From: Bacillota bacterium
GTDB taxonomy: Bacteria > Bacillota > Sulfobacillia > Sulfobacillales > JAIMBI01
Length of the DNA stretch: 64,000 bases
Direction: 5' to 3'
Assembly (NCBI GenBank): GCA_021846565.1
Contig: JAJZWS010000010.1
Span: forward strand, 508 to 64,507
Positions 27,932 to 37,351 of this stretch are shown here, piece by piece (position 1 is the first letter of the stretch; every line of letters starts with the position of its first letter). The position numbers and the translations under genes were made by a program. The notes under the pieces were generated by a model. The model had not been told where the DNA came from. It made no database searches and saw nothing but the letters and a program-made list of their open reading frames with translations.

Positions 27932-28186
27932 GACGCCCCTCCTTCGCGATGCCCCCCCGGTGAGCGCTTTTCGTTTATGGTAGCGCATCGGGCGGTGACC
28001 CGGCCCAGGCGGCCGATGTGGGCCTGGGCGAGCGGGATCGTGTGCGCGGCCGGGCGAGGTGTCGCTCCGCCGCAGAGTTCTCTGCCCTGCAGCCCGGCAT
28101 GGTATGGTCGAACGTGCCCTGGGGTCTGTGCACCCGCCCCCAAGAGGGGCGTGGCGGCCGGTGGGGAAGGGGCGGCAGGGCGGGAG

Positions 28187-29494
28187 GTGGCGGGGATCGC
28201 CGGACAACGAGGGTGGTCTCGAGCGCCCTACTATGGATGGGTGGTTGTGGGAATCGGCTGTCTCACCGGATTCATGGCGGGTCCGGGCCAGTCCTACGCG
28301 CTGGCAGAGTTCACCCCGCATTACGAACACGCCTGGCACTTGACCCGTGCTGCGGTGTCCGGCTTGTTTGCCCTGGCCACGCTGGGGGCGGGCCTGCTGG
28401 CGCTGCCGGCGGGGCGGCTCGTGGACCGCTATGGGTCACGCCGCGCTCTCACGGTGACCGCCGTGCTGTTTGGCTTGGCCGCCATAGTGAACGGGCTGGT
28501 GTCAACACCGTGGGGCCTGTTGGGGGCGCTGTTCTTGGTTCGCTTTCTGGGCATGGGGGTCCTGACCCTGATTCCCAACACCCTGATTCCGCAGTGGTTC
28601 GTCCGCCTGCGCGGCCGTGCCTTAAGCGTAGCGGCCCTGGGCGGCGTCGTGGGGGTCGCGGTGATTCCCTCGGTCAATCTCTGGCTCATGCGCCTCATGT
28701 CGTGGCGGGGAGCTTGGGAGGTGTGGGGACTCGGCATCCTGGTGACGCTGGTTCCTCTGGGAGCCTGGCTGGTACGAGACACGCCGGAACACCTCGGTCT
28801 GGAACCCGACGGCCGAGCGGCGGTGACCCCTGCGGGTGCCCGTACGGCGAGCTCAACACCGACGCCGGATTGGGCGTTGCGCGAGATGGTGCGCCTGCCA
28901 GTCTTCTGGCGCCTCCTCGTAGCGCTGATGGTGTCGTCAACCATCAGCACCGGGCTCATCTATCAGATTTTTTCCGTCCTGGGCCGGGACGGGATTTCAG
29001 CGTCCACAACGGCCCAGCTGCTGGGCTTGTTTGCCGTGATGGGCCTGGTGGGCACTTTGGGAACCGGCTGGTGGGTGGACCGCTGGCTGCCAGAACGTGT
29101 CTGGGCCGTGGCATTCGGAGTCACGACGGTGGAGCTGGTGGTCCTGCGATGGACCACCAGCGTGGCTGCGGCTGCCCTGTTCATCGCTCTCTTTGGGCTG
29201 GCGCAGACCATGGGTGCCCTCAGCAGCAATGCCCTGTGGCCTGCGTTTTTTGGCCGCCGACATCTGGGCAGCATTCGCGGTGTGGTGCTGCTGGCGGGAG
29301 TACTGGGATCCGCCCTGGGGCCAGCTCTGTTCGGCTGGGCGGTGACCGTCTTTCACACGTACCGTTCCCTGCTGGATGTTTTGATCGCTCTACCCCCGCT
29401 GGTCGGGCTGATGATCTGGCATAGCCGGTCTCCTCAGCACGGCCGGCCGCTGGAACCAGGCTCGCGCCGTGTTCCCGGGCCGAGTCTCCCGTGA
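28187..29494 (+). CDS. MFS transporter (oxalate/formate antiporter-like N-terminus)
   Basis: YYGWVVVGIGCLTGFMAGPGQSY start region and a 12-TM profile. The start codon is uncertain (GTG 28151 or 28187). Confidence 0.7.
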   Translation: MAGIAGQRGWSRAPYYGWVVVGIGCLTGFMAGPGQSYALAEFTPHYEHAWHLTRAAVSGLFALATLGAGLLALPAGRLVDRYGSRRALTVTAVLFGLAAIVNGLVSTPWGLLGALFLVRFLGMGVLTLIPNTLIPQWFVRLRGRALSVAALGGVVGVAVIPSVNLWLMRLMSWRGAWEVWGLGILVTLVPLGAWLVRDTPEHLGLEPDGRAAVTPAGARTASSTPTPDWALREMVRLPVFWRLLVALMVSSTISTGLIYQIFSVLGRDGISASTTAQLLGLFAVMGLVGTLGTGWWVDRWLPERVWAVAFGVTTVELVVLRWTTSVAAAALFIALFGLAQTMGALSSNALWPAFFGRRHLGSIRGVVLLAGVLGSALGPALFGWAVTVFHTYRSLLDVLIALPPLVGLMIWHSRSPQHGRPLEPGSRRVPGPSLP

Positions 29495-29927
29495 CCGGCC
29501 CGCGTCGGCGCCGGTGAGCAGGGAAATGGGATCGGGATCCGGTACGTGCTGAGGACCCGCGACCGCGTGTGCGTCGCCTCCAGGGCATGTTGTCCGGTCC
29601 CCCCTGCCGGGGCCGGGGCACCACAGGCTCCGCCGCGACCGGGCGCTCCTGTGGTCTGGTCGACGAGCAACCCCTGCACAAGACGCCTGGGGCTCCCGTG
29701 GGTGCCGGCGTCGAGGGAACTTCCCCCTGTGAACGCCGGCGGGGAGGCCGTGGACCGGTCTGGCGGGTCTCTCATGAACCGCTCGGTCGCACGTTGCTCC
29801 CCGACGCCCCTCGTCTTGGGCGCCGAACCCCAACCGATCAAGGGCTGGACCACGAGCCAAGCGGGCAAGCCCACTGGCCATTCGCTCAAAAGATCAAACG
29901 GCGGGGGACACGGCGTTCACCCACCCC

Positions 29928-30200
29928 TCAGGACGCATGCACCCATCGCGAACGCCGGGCTGGCGCCGAGGCGAGCCACGGGAGGCAAAAATCTGGTGAG
30001 TGGAGTGGGAGGCCCCAGTGGCGCTTCTCGTCGCGCACAATCGCCTGCGCGGCCGCAAGGGCGGCGGTGAGCTGCGCGTTGGCAACTTCCCAGTGTTCTA
30101 CGTCCGGCGCGCTGCTCAAGAGCCCCCACGCGCGGCTCAGTTCGACCATCGCATCATGGTATAGGTCCCAGGACTCTCCTGCCTCCGAATGTGCAAACAT
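29928..30200 (-). CDS. Hypothetical small protein (90 aa)
   Basis: ATG preceded by GGGGAGGGAAAGAG. Helical-looking sequence MFAHSEAGESWDLYHDAMVELSRAW.... No family recognised. Confidence 0.3.
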   Translation of the reverse strand: MFAHSEAGESWDLYHDAMVELSRAWGLLSSAPDVEHWEVANAQLTAALAAAQAIVRDEKRHWGLPLHSPDFCLPWLASAPARRSRWVHAS

Positions 30201-30650
30201 CTCTTTCCCTCCCCGTGAGCCGGCATGCGCCCCTTTCGTGTTTTGAGGCCAGCGAACGGCATGGAGCTTGCGCCCCACTTCTCGGCGGTGGACACGGAAT
30301 CGGGCTTCTGCAGGGCCCGCCACGCCCTATTCTCGGCTGGGACTCGGTGCGCCCCCCGTTGTTCCACGTGTAGCACCGAAATGGGCAGGAGTGCCTGCCG
30401 GGACGTCGGGGTCGCCTGCGCGTCCCTCAGGGCACCCGCTCTATCGCAGGTGTGCACGTGAAAGCGGTGCTGGCCTTCCCGCTCAATCCGGTTCCGAGGT
30501 TGGTCAACCACGGGCAGGAACGCCTCCGAATGGCAGCAGAGAATATCTGTCATACGAGGAATCGCCAGGCAGTCGGCCCCAGGGTGGTGGGGCTTGCAGA
30601 TGCCTTGGCGGGCGAACGAGGCGAAAGACCCGAGGGCCCCCTCGGGACCA

Positions 30651-30851
30651 CTAGCGCCACGTTTGGCCGATGTCCCCATTCCCCCTCGCCTCCGCCATGC
30701 GTTCCGCCGATTGTGCCGTGTCTTGCCAGGGTATCAAGTGGATCCGTCGCTGCGTCAGCCGCCGCCCTCCGTCGTTATCCCGCCAACGGCACCTCCATGC
30801 TGATGGATTGGTGTACTGGTCATAACGCCAAACGATCACTCGCGGTGACAT
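30651..30851 (-). pseudogene. Possible remnant of a phage-type integrase N-terminal (arm-binding) region
   Basis: 66-aa ORF with VIVWRYDQYTNPSAWRCRWRDNDGGRRLTQRR, reminiscent of the W/YR-x-RWRD-x-DG-x-R segment at the start of many tyrosine integrases. No SD, and no catalytic domain follows in frame. Confidence 0.2.
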
Positions 30852-31231
30852 GAATTTGGGAGCGAGGCACGCTCAGGCCCTCGCTCGAAGGAAGGGGCTG
30901 CACGACCAACGACCGATCGCGGTCTGCTCACCCACCCACGAACAGCGACCCATCACGCTTCACGACGCCCGTGCCGCAGACGGCGAAACGAAAACGTCTT
31001 CCCGTCTGAGCGATGGTACTCGCAAGCACCGCCGGCAGAGCGACCTTGATGCCGTCCGCCGAGCCTCGTCGCGTCGATGTCCAAGGCCCGGGGCATGACG
31101 GTAGGTGGCATGAGGCACCCGGCCAACTGAAAACGTCGCTCGCGGCCGTCCACCGGTCCGAACCGGCAGGGCGCCGTGGCCCCCCTGCCCGCTTGCCGAT
31201 GGCGCGCCCGGGCCGTACACTGCCATTGACC

Positions 31232-31440
31232 TAATCGTCGGGTGTATAACAGGGAATCAGGCGAACATCCTGAGCGGCACCCGCCACTGTCACCGGGGAG
31301 CCGACGCCGCCACTGCTCACGCGGGAAGGCGCGTCATGCGGCGACGAACCGGCAGCCAGGAGACCTACCCGGCGAATGGGCGCATCCTGCGGGTGGCAGG
31401 TGTCGCCAGTTGGCGTCGGCTGTCACCTGCACAGAGGGGA
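31232..31440 (+). promoter_or_regulatory. Cobalamin (B12) riboswitch
   Basis: Conserved core seen directly: AACAGGGAAtcaGGcGAAcATCCtgaGCgGCACCCGCCACTGTcaccGGGGAGCc...CACTGctcacgcGGGAAGGCG...GCCAGGAGACCTaCC. A hairpin (GCAGGTG...CACCTGC) follows just before the SD of the downstream B12-type substrate-binding protein gene. Confidence 0.8.
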
Positions 31441-31449
31441 CTCCGACCG

Positions 31450-32388
31450 ATGCGACAAGTTTTTCGCCCTGGGCGCGTGGGCCGGGGCCTGTTGGCGGCC
31501 GTGTTGATCGCCAGCGCTGCGGGTTGCGGCGCCGGTGGCGTCGGCGCCCCAACGGGACCGATTCACGTCGTCGACGACGCCGGCCAACACCTCACGTTCA
31601 AAGCCCCGGTCCACCGGCTGGTGGTCATTGCCCCATCCAACTTCGAAATTGTTGACGCGCTGGGCCTCATCCACGACATTGTGGGCGTGGACAGCTCGGT
31701 GCCCCAGTACACCCCAACGCCGTGGAGGCGGGCGGCTCAGGGCCTGCCGTCCATCGGCAACGCCCTCCCCGAGCCGTCGGCCGAAGCGGTGGCCGCCCGC
31801 CGGCCCCAGCTGGTAATCACCAACGAGTCCCTGAGCGACCTAAAGTCGCTCACCAGCCGGCACATTCCGGTGATGGTGCTGAACCCGACGTCGGTGGCCG
31901 GGGTGTACCACGACATCGTGTTGGTCGGCGAGGTGACCGGAACAACCGGGCGCGCCCGTCGGCTCGTGGCCAGCCTCAAGCACCAGCTGGCTGCGCTGGT
32001 CGCCAAGCTGAAGACCATCCGCCGCCGCCCGACCGTGTTTTACGATTTGGGGGACCTGTACACCACCGGACCGGGTACGTTCCTCACGAACTTCATCACG
32101 CTGGCGGGCGGCAAAAACGCCCTGGCGCCGCTGGTCAAGGCGCCGTGGCCGCAGGTGACCGCTGAACAGGTGGTGCGCGCCAATCCCGACTACATCCTGA
32201 TTGACAGTGGCGCCGGGACCACGGTCGCCCAGGAAACCAAGCTGGCGGGGTTCTCAGCCACCTACGCCGTGAAGCACCACCAGGTGCTGGTGGTGCCGAA
32301 CTCGTCGTATCTGGATGAACCGTCCATCGGATTGGTGCGGGGGGTGCAGGAGTTGGCTCACATTCTGCACCCGCGCTGGGTTTCGTAG
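31450..32388 (+). CDS. ABC transporter periplasmic-type substrate-binding lipoprotein (BtuF / siderophore-binding family)
   Basis: ATG after GAGGGGA. Signal peptide with lipobox LIASAAGC. Peripla_BP_2-like pattern (LVVIAPSNFEIVDALG...QLVIT...DYILID). Lies downstream of the B12 riboswitch. Confidence 0.8.
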   Translation: MRQVFRPGRVGRGLLAAVLIASAAGCGAGGVGAPTGPIHVVDDAGQHLTFKAPVHRLVVIAPSNFEIVDALGLIHDIVGVDSSVPQYTPTPWRRAAQGLPSIGNALPEPSAEAVAARRPQLVITNESLSDLKSLTSRHIPVMVLNPTSVAGVYHDIVLVGEVTGTTGRARRLVASLKHQLAALVAKLKTIRRRPTVFYDLGDLYTTGPGTFLTNFITLAGGKNALAPLVKAPWPQVTAEQVVRANPDYILIDSGAGTTVAQETKLAGFSATYAVKHHQVLVVPNSSYLDEPSIGLVRGVQELAHILHPRWVS

Positions 32389-33369
32389 GTGGCCGCCGGA
32401 CGACGCCTGGCCTTGGCCGGCCTCGCGCTGTTGGCCAGCATAACGGCCGGGGTGGCCCATGGGCCCACCGCCCTCTCCCTGGCGACGGTTCTGTCGGTGT
32501 TGGTTCATCCCACGAGTCATCTCGCCAGCGTGATCGTCTGGCAGATCCGCATGCCCCGGGTGATGGCGGCCGCCCTGGTGGGGGCCGGTCTGGCAGCGTC
32601 GGGCGTGGCCATGCAGGCGCTGCTGCGCAACCCCTTGGCCGATCCCTATATCGTGGGTGCCTCCGCCGGCGCGGGACTGGGCGCGGTGCTGACCGCCACC
32701 GTGGTGGGGGCCCTGGTACCGGCCGGCGCGTTTGTCGGCGCCCTGGTGGCAGTGGCGGCCACCTATGCGGTGGCCCGGAGTCGCGGCCAGGTGCAGACGC
32801 TCACCCTGATTCTCGCCGGGTACGCATTGGGCATCATGCTGGCGGCCGTGCAGACGTTCATCCTGCTTTTGCACCAGCACAGTCTCGCCACCGTCTTTTC
32901 CTGGGAAGCCGGGTCGATCCACGGGATGACGTGGACGCCAGTGGGCTTGGCCGCCCTACTGATCCTGCCTGCGGCCCTTTTGTTAGTCCCGCTCACCCCG
33001 GCCATGAACGCCCTGCTGCTGGGTGACGAGGCGGCCAGCCACCTCGGCGTACACGTCTCACGGCTGCAGCTCCTGCTGCTGGCGCTCGCAAGCGTCATGA
33101 CCGCCGCCGCCGTGTACCTGTCGGGGCTCATCGGCTTTGTCGGCCTGGTCATCCCGCACGTCGTCCGCCGCCTCACGACCGCGGACCACCGCCAGCTGCT
33201 GCCGCTCGCGATTTTGTGGGGTGCTGCGTTTCTCATCCTGGCCGACACCCTGTCCGAAAGCGTACCGGGTGTGGGGACGGTGCCGGTGGGCTTGTTGACC
33301 GCGGTGCTGGGGGGACCCTACTTCCTGTGGCTGTTGGTGCGCACGCAGCGCCAGGGGGTGGTGTTTTGA
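32389..33369 (+). CDS. FecCD/BtuC family ABC transporter permease
   Basis: 326 aa. Typical motifs are RMPRVMAAALVGAGLAASGVAMQALLRNPLADPYIVG and LIGFVGLVIPHVVRRL. Confidence 0.85.
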   Translation: MAAGRRLALAGLALLASITAGVAHGPTALSLATVLSVLVHPTSHLASVIVWQIRMPRVMAAALVGAGLAASGVAMQALLRNPLADPYIVGASAGAGLGAVLTATVVGALVPAGAFVGALVAVAATYAVARSRGQVQTLTLILAGYALGIMLAAVQTFILLLHQHSLATVFSWEAGSIHGMTWTPVGLAALLILPAALLLVPLTPAMNALLLGDEAASHLGVHVSRLQLLLLALASVMTAAAVYLSGLIGFVGLVIPHVVRRLTTADHRQLLPLAILWGAAFLILADTLSESVPGVGTVPVGLLTAVLGGPYFLWLLVRTQRQGVVF

Positions 33370-34145
33370 AGCTCTCCGTCGACGGGGTGGCACGCCGCCA
33401 CGCCCCGGGATTCCAGCTGGGACCCCTGTCGGTTGCGGTGGACCGCGGCGAGTGGCTGGGGATAGTAGGACCCAACGGGGCGGGCAAGACAACTCTGCTG
33501 CGCATCATGGCGGGCACGGAGCCCCCCGACGTCGGCCGGGTGCGGTACGACGAGCGGGCGCTGGCCCAAATGGGTCCGGTCGCCCGCTCGCATGCCCGGG
33601 CGGTGGTGCCGCAGCGGCTCACGCTACCGTTTGACCTCAGTGTGGCGTCTGTGGTGGAGCTGGGCCGGCTTTCCCATCTGCCCTGGGGCGAGCGGTTGCT
33701 GCCGCTGGCGTCCGCCGAGCGGATCCTGGTGGAGGCCTGCCTGGAGCAGACCGACACCTGGGGCTTGCGGGACCGGTCCTTCCGTACCCTCTCGGGTGGT
33801 GAGCAGCAGCGCGTGCTGTTGGCCATGGCCCTTGCCCAGGGCGCCCCCCTGCTGCTGCTGGATGAACCCACGGCGTCCCTGGATCCCGGGCACGCCCGGC
33901 AGTTTCTCGAGCTGGTGGGCACGCTGGTGGCCGACGGCCACACGGTGGTGATGGCCCATCACGACCTCACCACGGTGGCCCAGGCGTGCTCCAGCGTGCT
34001 CCTGCTGGCCGATGGGCAGGTCGAAGCGTATGGGGGCGTCGACGAGGTGTTTCAGCCGGAACCGCTCTCGGGGGTCTACCGCACCCCGCTCGGCGTCATG
34101 CCCCACCCGGTCACCGGGCGGCCGCTGGTGTTTCACCGTCAATGA
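33366..34145 (+). CDS. ABC transporter ATP-binding protein (BtuD/FepC-like)
   Basis: Walker A GPNGAGKTT, signature LSGGEQQRV, Walker B LLLLDEPTASLD. The TTG start overlaps the permease stop (TTGA). Confidence 0.85.
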   Translation: MKLSVDGVARRHAPGFQLGPLSVAVDRGEWLGIVGPNGAGKTTLLRIMAGTEPPDVGRVRYDERALAQMGPVARSHARAVVPQRLTLPFDLSVASVVELGRLSHLPWGERLLPLASAERILVEACLEQTDTWGLRDRSFRTLSGGEQQRVLLAMALAQGAPLLLLDEPTASLDPGHARQFLELVGTLVADGHTVVMAHHDLTTVAQACSSVLLLADGQVEAYGGVDEVFQPEPLSGVYRTPLGVMPHPVTGRPLVFHRQ

Positions 34146-34175
34146 CGCGGACCCATGTGAAACAGGAGGCGCACT

Positions 34176-35036
34176 GTGAAAATCAACGTGGAGTGCGGGG
34201 CGTGCACGACCCTGCTGTTGACCCGGACGCTTGCTTATCGCACGCGTCCCGACGACGAGGGCTGGCGGCCCCATCTGGGCCCCGTCTTGGCGCAGGCGGC
34301 GGACAAAATGGCCGGGGCGGCCCACCCCGGCGAGGTGTTGGAGAAGATATATGCCGCCGTGGCGGACCGGCTCCAGGACGGAGACCCGTATCAAGAGGCC
34401 AAAGACATGGCCAACGCCCGAATGGAGGCGTGGTGGCAAGCCCACCAAAGCCCCCAGCCTGACCTGGCAGAACTTTTGGCGTACGCGGTCGCGGGCAACG
34501 CCATCGACGCGGGTCTGGACACGAACCTTGACGCCACGTGGGAGCAGTTCTGCGCGGCCGTGGCGGAGCCACTGGTGCGGGACGACCGGGCGACGGCGCT
34601 CGGGTGGGTCGCTGCGCACCCCCGCGCCCGTGTCCTTTATCTCTTGGACAACGCCGGCGAGGCCGTGCTGGATCGCGAGTGCATGCGGGCCCTGACCAAG
34701 CTTGGGCTCCACGTGACCGCGGTGGTCAAGGGAGGCCCCATCGTGAACGACGTCACGCGCCGGGAGGCGGACCGTCTCCACCTGGGCACCGTGGCCGACG
34801 TGTGGGACACGGGTCCCGGGCGCTATGGCACCATGGCCGACCAGATCCCCGACGCGCTTTGGCAGAGATGGCAGGATGCCGACCTGGTCGTAGCCAAAGG
34901 GCTGGCCCACTTGGAAACCCTGTCGCACGAGCCGCGCGGTGGCCCCGTGCTGTTTCTCTACCGGGCCAAGTGCCCACCCTCGGCCCGACTCCTAGACGTG
35001 CCCCTTGGCAGCTCGGTCGCCTGGTGGAGGCCTTAA
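34176..35036 (+). CDS. DUF89 (ARMT1-like damage-control phosphatase) family protein
   Basis: GTG 6 nt after ACAGGAGG. N-terminal C-x2-C (VECGACTT), then DPYQEAK, NAIDAG, LLDNAGE, a KG...ND stretch and AKGLAHLETL, the layout of archaeal/bacterial DUF89 subfamily I. Confidence 0.7.
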   Translation: MKINVECGACTTLLLTRTLAYRTRPDDEGWRPHLGPVLAQAADKMAGAAHPGEVLEKIYAAVADRLQDGDPYQEAKDMANARMEAWWQAHQSPQPDLAELLAYAVAGNAIDAGLDTNLDATWEQFCAAVAEPLVRDDRATALGWVAAHPRARVLYLLDNAGEAVLDRECMRALTKLGLHVTAVVKGGPIVNDVTRREADRLHLGTVADVWDTGPGRYGTMADQIPDALWQRWQDADLVVAKGLAHLETLSHEPRGGPVLFLYRAKCPPSARLLDVPLGSSVAWWRP

Positions 35037-35452
35037 ATCCCCTCTCCGCCGTCGCCGCGGCGCTCGCCGTAGGTGCCGGGGGGCCACACGGACTCGGCTT
35101 CCGCGTCCAGCGCCGCCCACTCCCGGCTGGTGAAGCGCAACCGGGCAATCGGCAGCAGCACCAAGTCTTCCTGGCGCAGATGGAGCAAAAAGGCATCGCG
35201 CCAAAAAGCGGCATCCCCGTGCGGCCCCTCGGCCAGCCACCCGTGGGCCGCCGTCATCAGCGGGATGGGTCCGCCGCCCACGAAGTACCGCGCCAGTCGG
35301 GGAAAGAACAGTCGTTCTTCGACCGTGCGGTGAAAGGCGACCGCGTCGGCCAATCCCGCTGGCACCGGTTCGGTGCCCGGGTCCCACGCCGCCAAGCGCT
35401 CACCGGCGTCTCGGTGCGCCGCCTGCCAGCGCCGGTAGAGGACCGACTCCAT
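35033..35452 (-). CDS. Hemerythrin HHE cation-binding domain-like protein
   Basis: H/E pattern FHRTVEERLFFP...LMTAAHGWL...LLHLRQEDLVLLP. The ATG overlaps the upstream stop by 1 nt. Confidence 0.5.
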   Translation of the reverse strand: MESVLYRRWQAAHRDAGERLAAWDPGTEPVPAGLADAVAFHRTVEERLFFPRLARYFVGGGPIPLMTAAHGWLAEGPHGDAAFWRDAFLLHLRQEDLVLLPIARLRFTSREWAALDAEAESVWPPGTYGERRGDGGEGI

Positions 35453-36171
35453 CAGGAGCTCACGCCGGACTTGGCCGCAGCCGATACGGGCCGCGGCGCG
35501 CGGCTCTTTTGCACCGCCCAGTAAATCAGCAGCACCCCGGCAATCTCCGCCCCGAAAAACAGCGCGGGAATGCCGTAGGCGGCCAGCGTGTCCGCCAGCG
35601 AAAACACGAGGCCCCCGGCTGCAATGCCCAGGTTGAAGCCCAGCCGACTCCGCCACCACGACCACAGCGCCCCCAACACCAACGCGGCTGCTCCCACCGT
35701 CCCCAGGACGGCGAACCCGATCAGCAGCAACGGACTCGTGAGCACCAGCGTCACCTGGCGGCTCGCGTACGCCACGCGGCCCAGCGCATTGGCGTATTCT
35801 GGACCTGCCCAGGCGCCCACGGCGCTCACCCCCACCAGGACCGCGATTCCGATGGCATACCCCCGCGCCTGGCGGGGCCACAGGAGGTACATCGACCCGA
35901 CCCCCATGAGCCCCGGCACCGCCGCCGCCAGCGTGGCGTACGCGCGGTAGGCGTCGGCCCCAAATGCCCCGGTCCCAAACGCCACCACTTGCAGCAGCGC
36001 CGCCAACCCGATGGCCCAAAACGATATGCTCCAGGCCAGCGCATGCGGGCGTCCTCGTCCCCGATACTGACGAAAAAACACGGTCCCCAGTCCGAGGCTC
36101 ACCAGGGTGGTGCACCCGGACGATACCACGTCGAACACTGTGGAGTTCACGCAATCACGCCCTCTCCCCAT
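35452..36171 (-). CDS. Hypothetical polytopic membrane protein
   Basis: About 7 hydrophobic segments. Start is uncertain (ATG 36171 or GTG 36150). No family recognised. Confidence 0.5.
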   Translation of the reverse strand: MGRGRDCVNSTVFDVVSSGCTTLVSLGLGTVFFRQYRGRGRPHALAWSISFWAIGLAALLQVVAFGTGAFGADAYRAYATLAAAVPGLMGVGSMYLLWPRQARGYAIGIAVLVGVSAVGAWAGPEYANALGRVAYASRQVTLVLTSPLLLIGFAVLGTVGAAALVLGALWSWWRSRLGFNLGIAAGGLVFSLADTLAAYGIPALFFGAEIAGVLLIYWAVQKSRAPRPVSAAAKSGVSS

Positions 36172-36709
36172 CCGACTCCGGCGAGCCGAATTGGCTTCCT
36201 GCCAGCACGATACAGCACCACGGCCCCGGGGGGAAACGCCCATGGACTATCCCACGCTAAGCCTACGACGACATCGGTGATTGTCTGATCCACGGCGGGC
36301 CCAGCGTCCGCTGCGGGCTGTCCAACGTCAGGACGGCCGCCAATGGGCGCTGGGGCGCATCGCCGGGTCCCGTGCCCGACGGCGTTGCCCCTGAGATGCC
36401 CTGTCACCCCCGTCCGCCAGGGACAGCGCGCCCCGCACCCACGCCGCCCTCACCCCATCCCATTTCTCCAGGCCGCTTGGGCCGAGCCCCTTGTGCGGCC
36501 AGAAGCCTCGCAGCGGGGCGCCGGCGGCGGTGAGATCCCCCTCCATGGACAGGGCGCCAAAAACGTCGGACCCGGTGCTCTGGGGTCCGTTCTCCCCCGT
36601 CTGGGTCCCACGCGGTGTGCCAACCCGTCCTTTTCGAAAAGAGGATCGCGGCGCGGCAGCGCGAACGACCTGCAGGGATGCAGCGAGGGCCCCGGATTAA
36701 TCGCATCGG

Positions 36710-37108
36710 GTGGTGGACGTGGCCGTGAAGGTGTTGGGCGTTGTCGGGAATCCGGCCTGCGGGTGCGGTCATCACGCGTGGGTGCTGATCGCACCCGAGG
36801 GCCCCCACCTTCAATGCTTCCGCCACGAGCTCCCGCAGGCCGTGGCGGTGGTTGTTGACAAGCCGTGGCTTACCGCCGCGGACTTGGCCCGCCAGATGGT
36901 GGCCAAGTTCCTGCGTGTGGAACTGGACACCATCGAGCCGGACCACCCGATGGTGCGCGGCACGCTGTCGTCCGTGCGGGATCAGGTGCGGGTGGTGGCA
37001 TCGGTGCCCAGCGGGGCTACGGTGACCGTCAATGGACGTTTCCTGTTGTATCGCCATCCCGATGGCGGGGGCTCCCGGTCGCTCAGTCGCCTGACGGCCA
37101 CGTCGTAG
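36710..37108 (+). CDS. Hypothetical protein (132 aa)
   Basis: Non-repetitive ORF with a CGCGHH cluster (GNPACGCGHHAWVL). G/C-rich third codon positions, like neighbouring genes. No family recognised. Confidence 0.35.
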   Translation: MVDVAVKVLGVVGNPACGCGHHAWVLIAPEGPHLQCFRHELPQAVAVVVDKPWLTAADLARQMVAKFLRVELDTIEPDHPMVRGTLSSVRDQVRVVASVPSGATVTVNGRFLLYRHPDGGGSRSLSRLTATS

Positions 37109-37351
37109 CGGGTGCCTCCATCCCCGCGGCCCCGCGTTGACCCAGCGCAGGCCCGAGCGAGGCCCGACAGCCGTCGTGCCAGCGGCCGTCCGCACCGTCG
37201 TCACCGGCCCGGAGACACCCAACCCTGCGACCGGTCCCGGTCCGCAAGCCCATCCGAGGGAAAACCCGGAGCCCCTGCCCTCCCACGGCTGTCCGACCCA
37301 CCATGGCGGCCGACTGGCCTTTCTGCCACAATGGCTGCGGAGGTATCGCGC

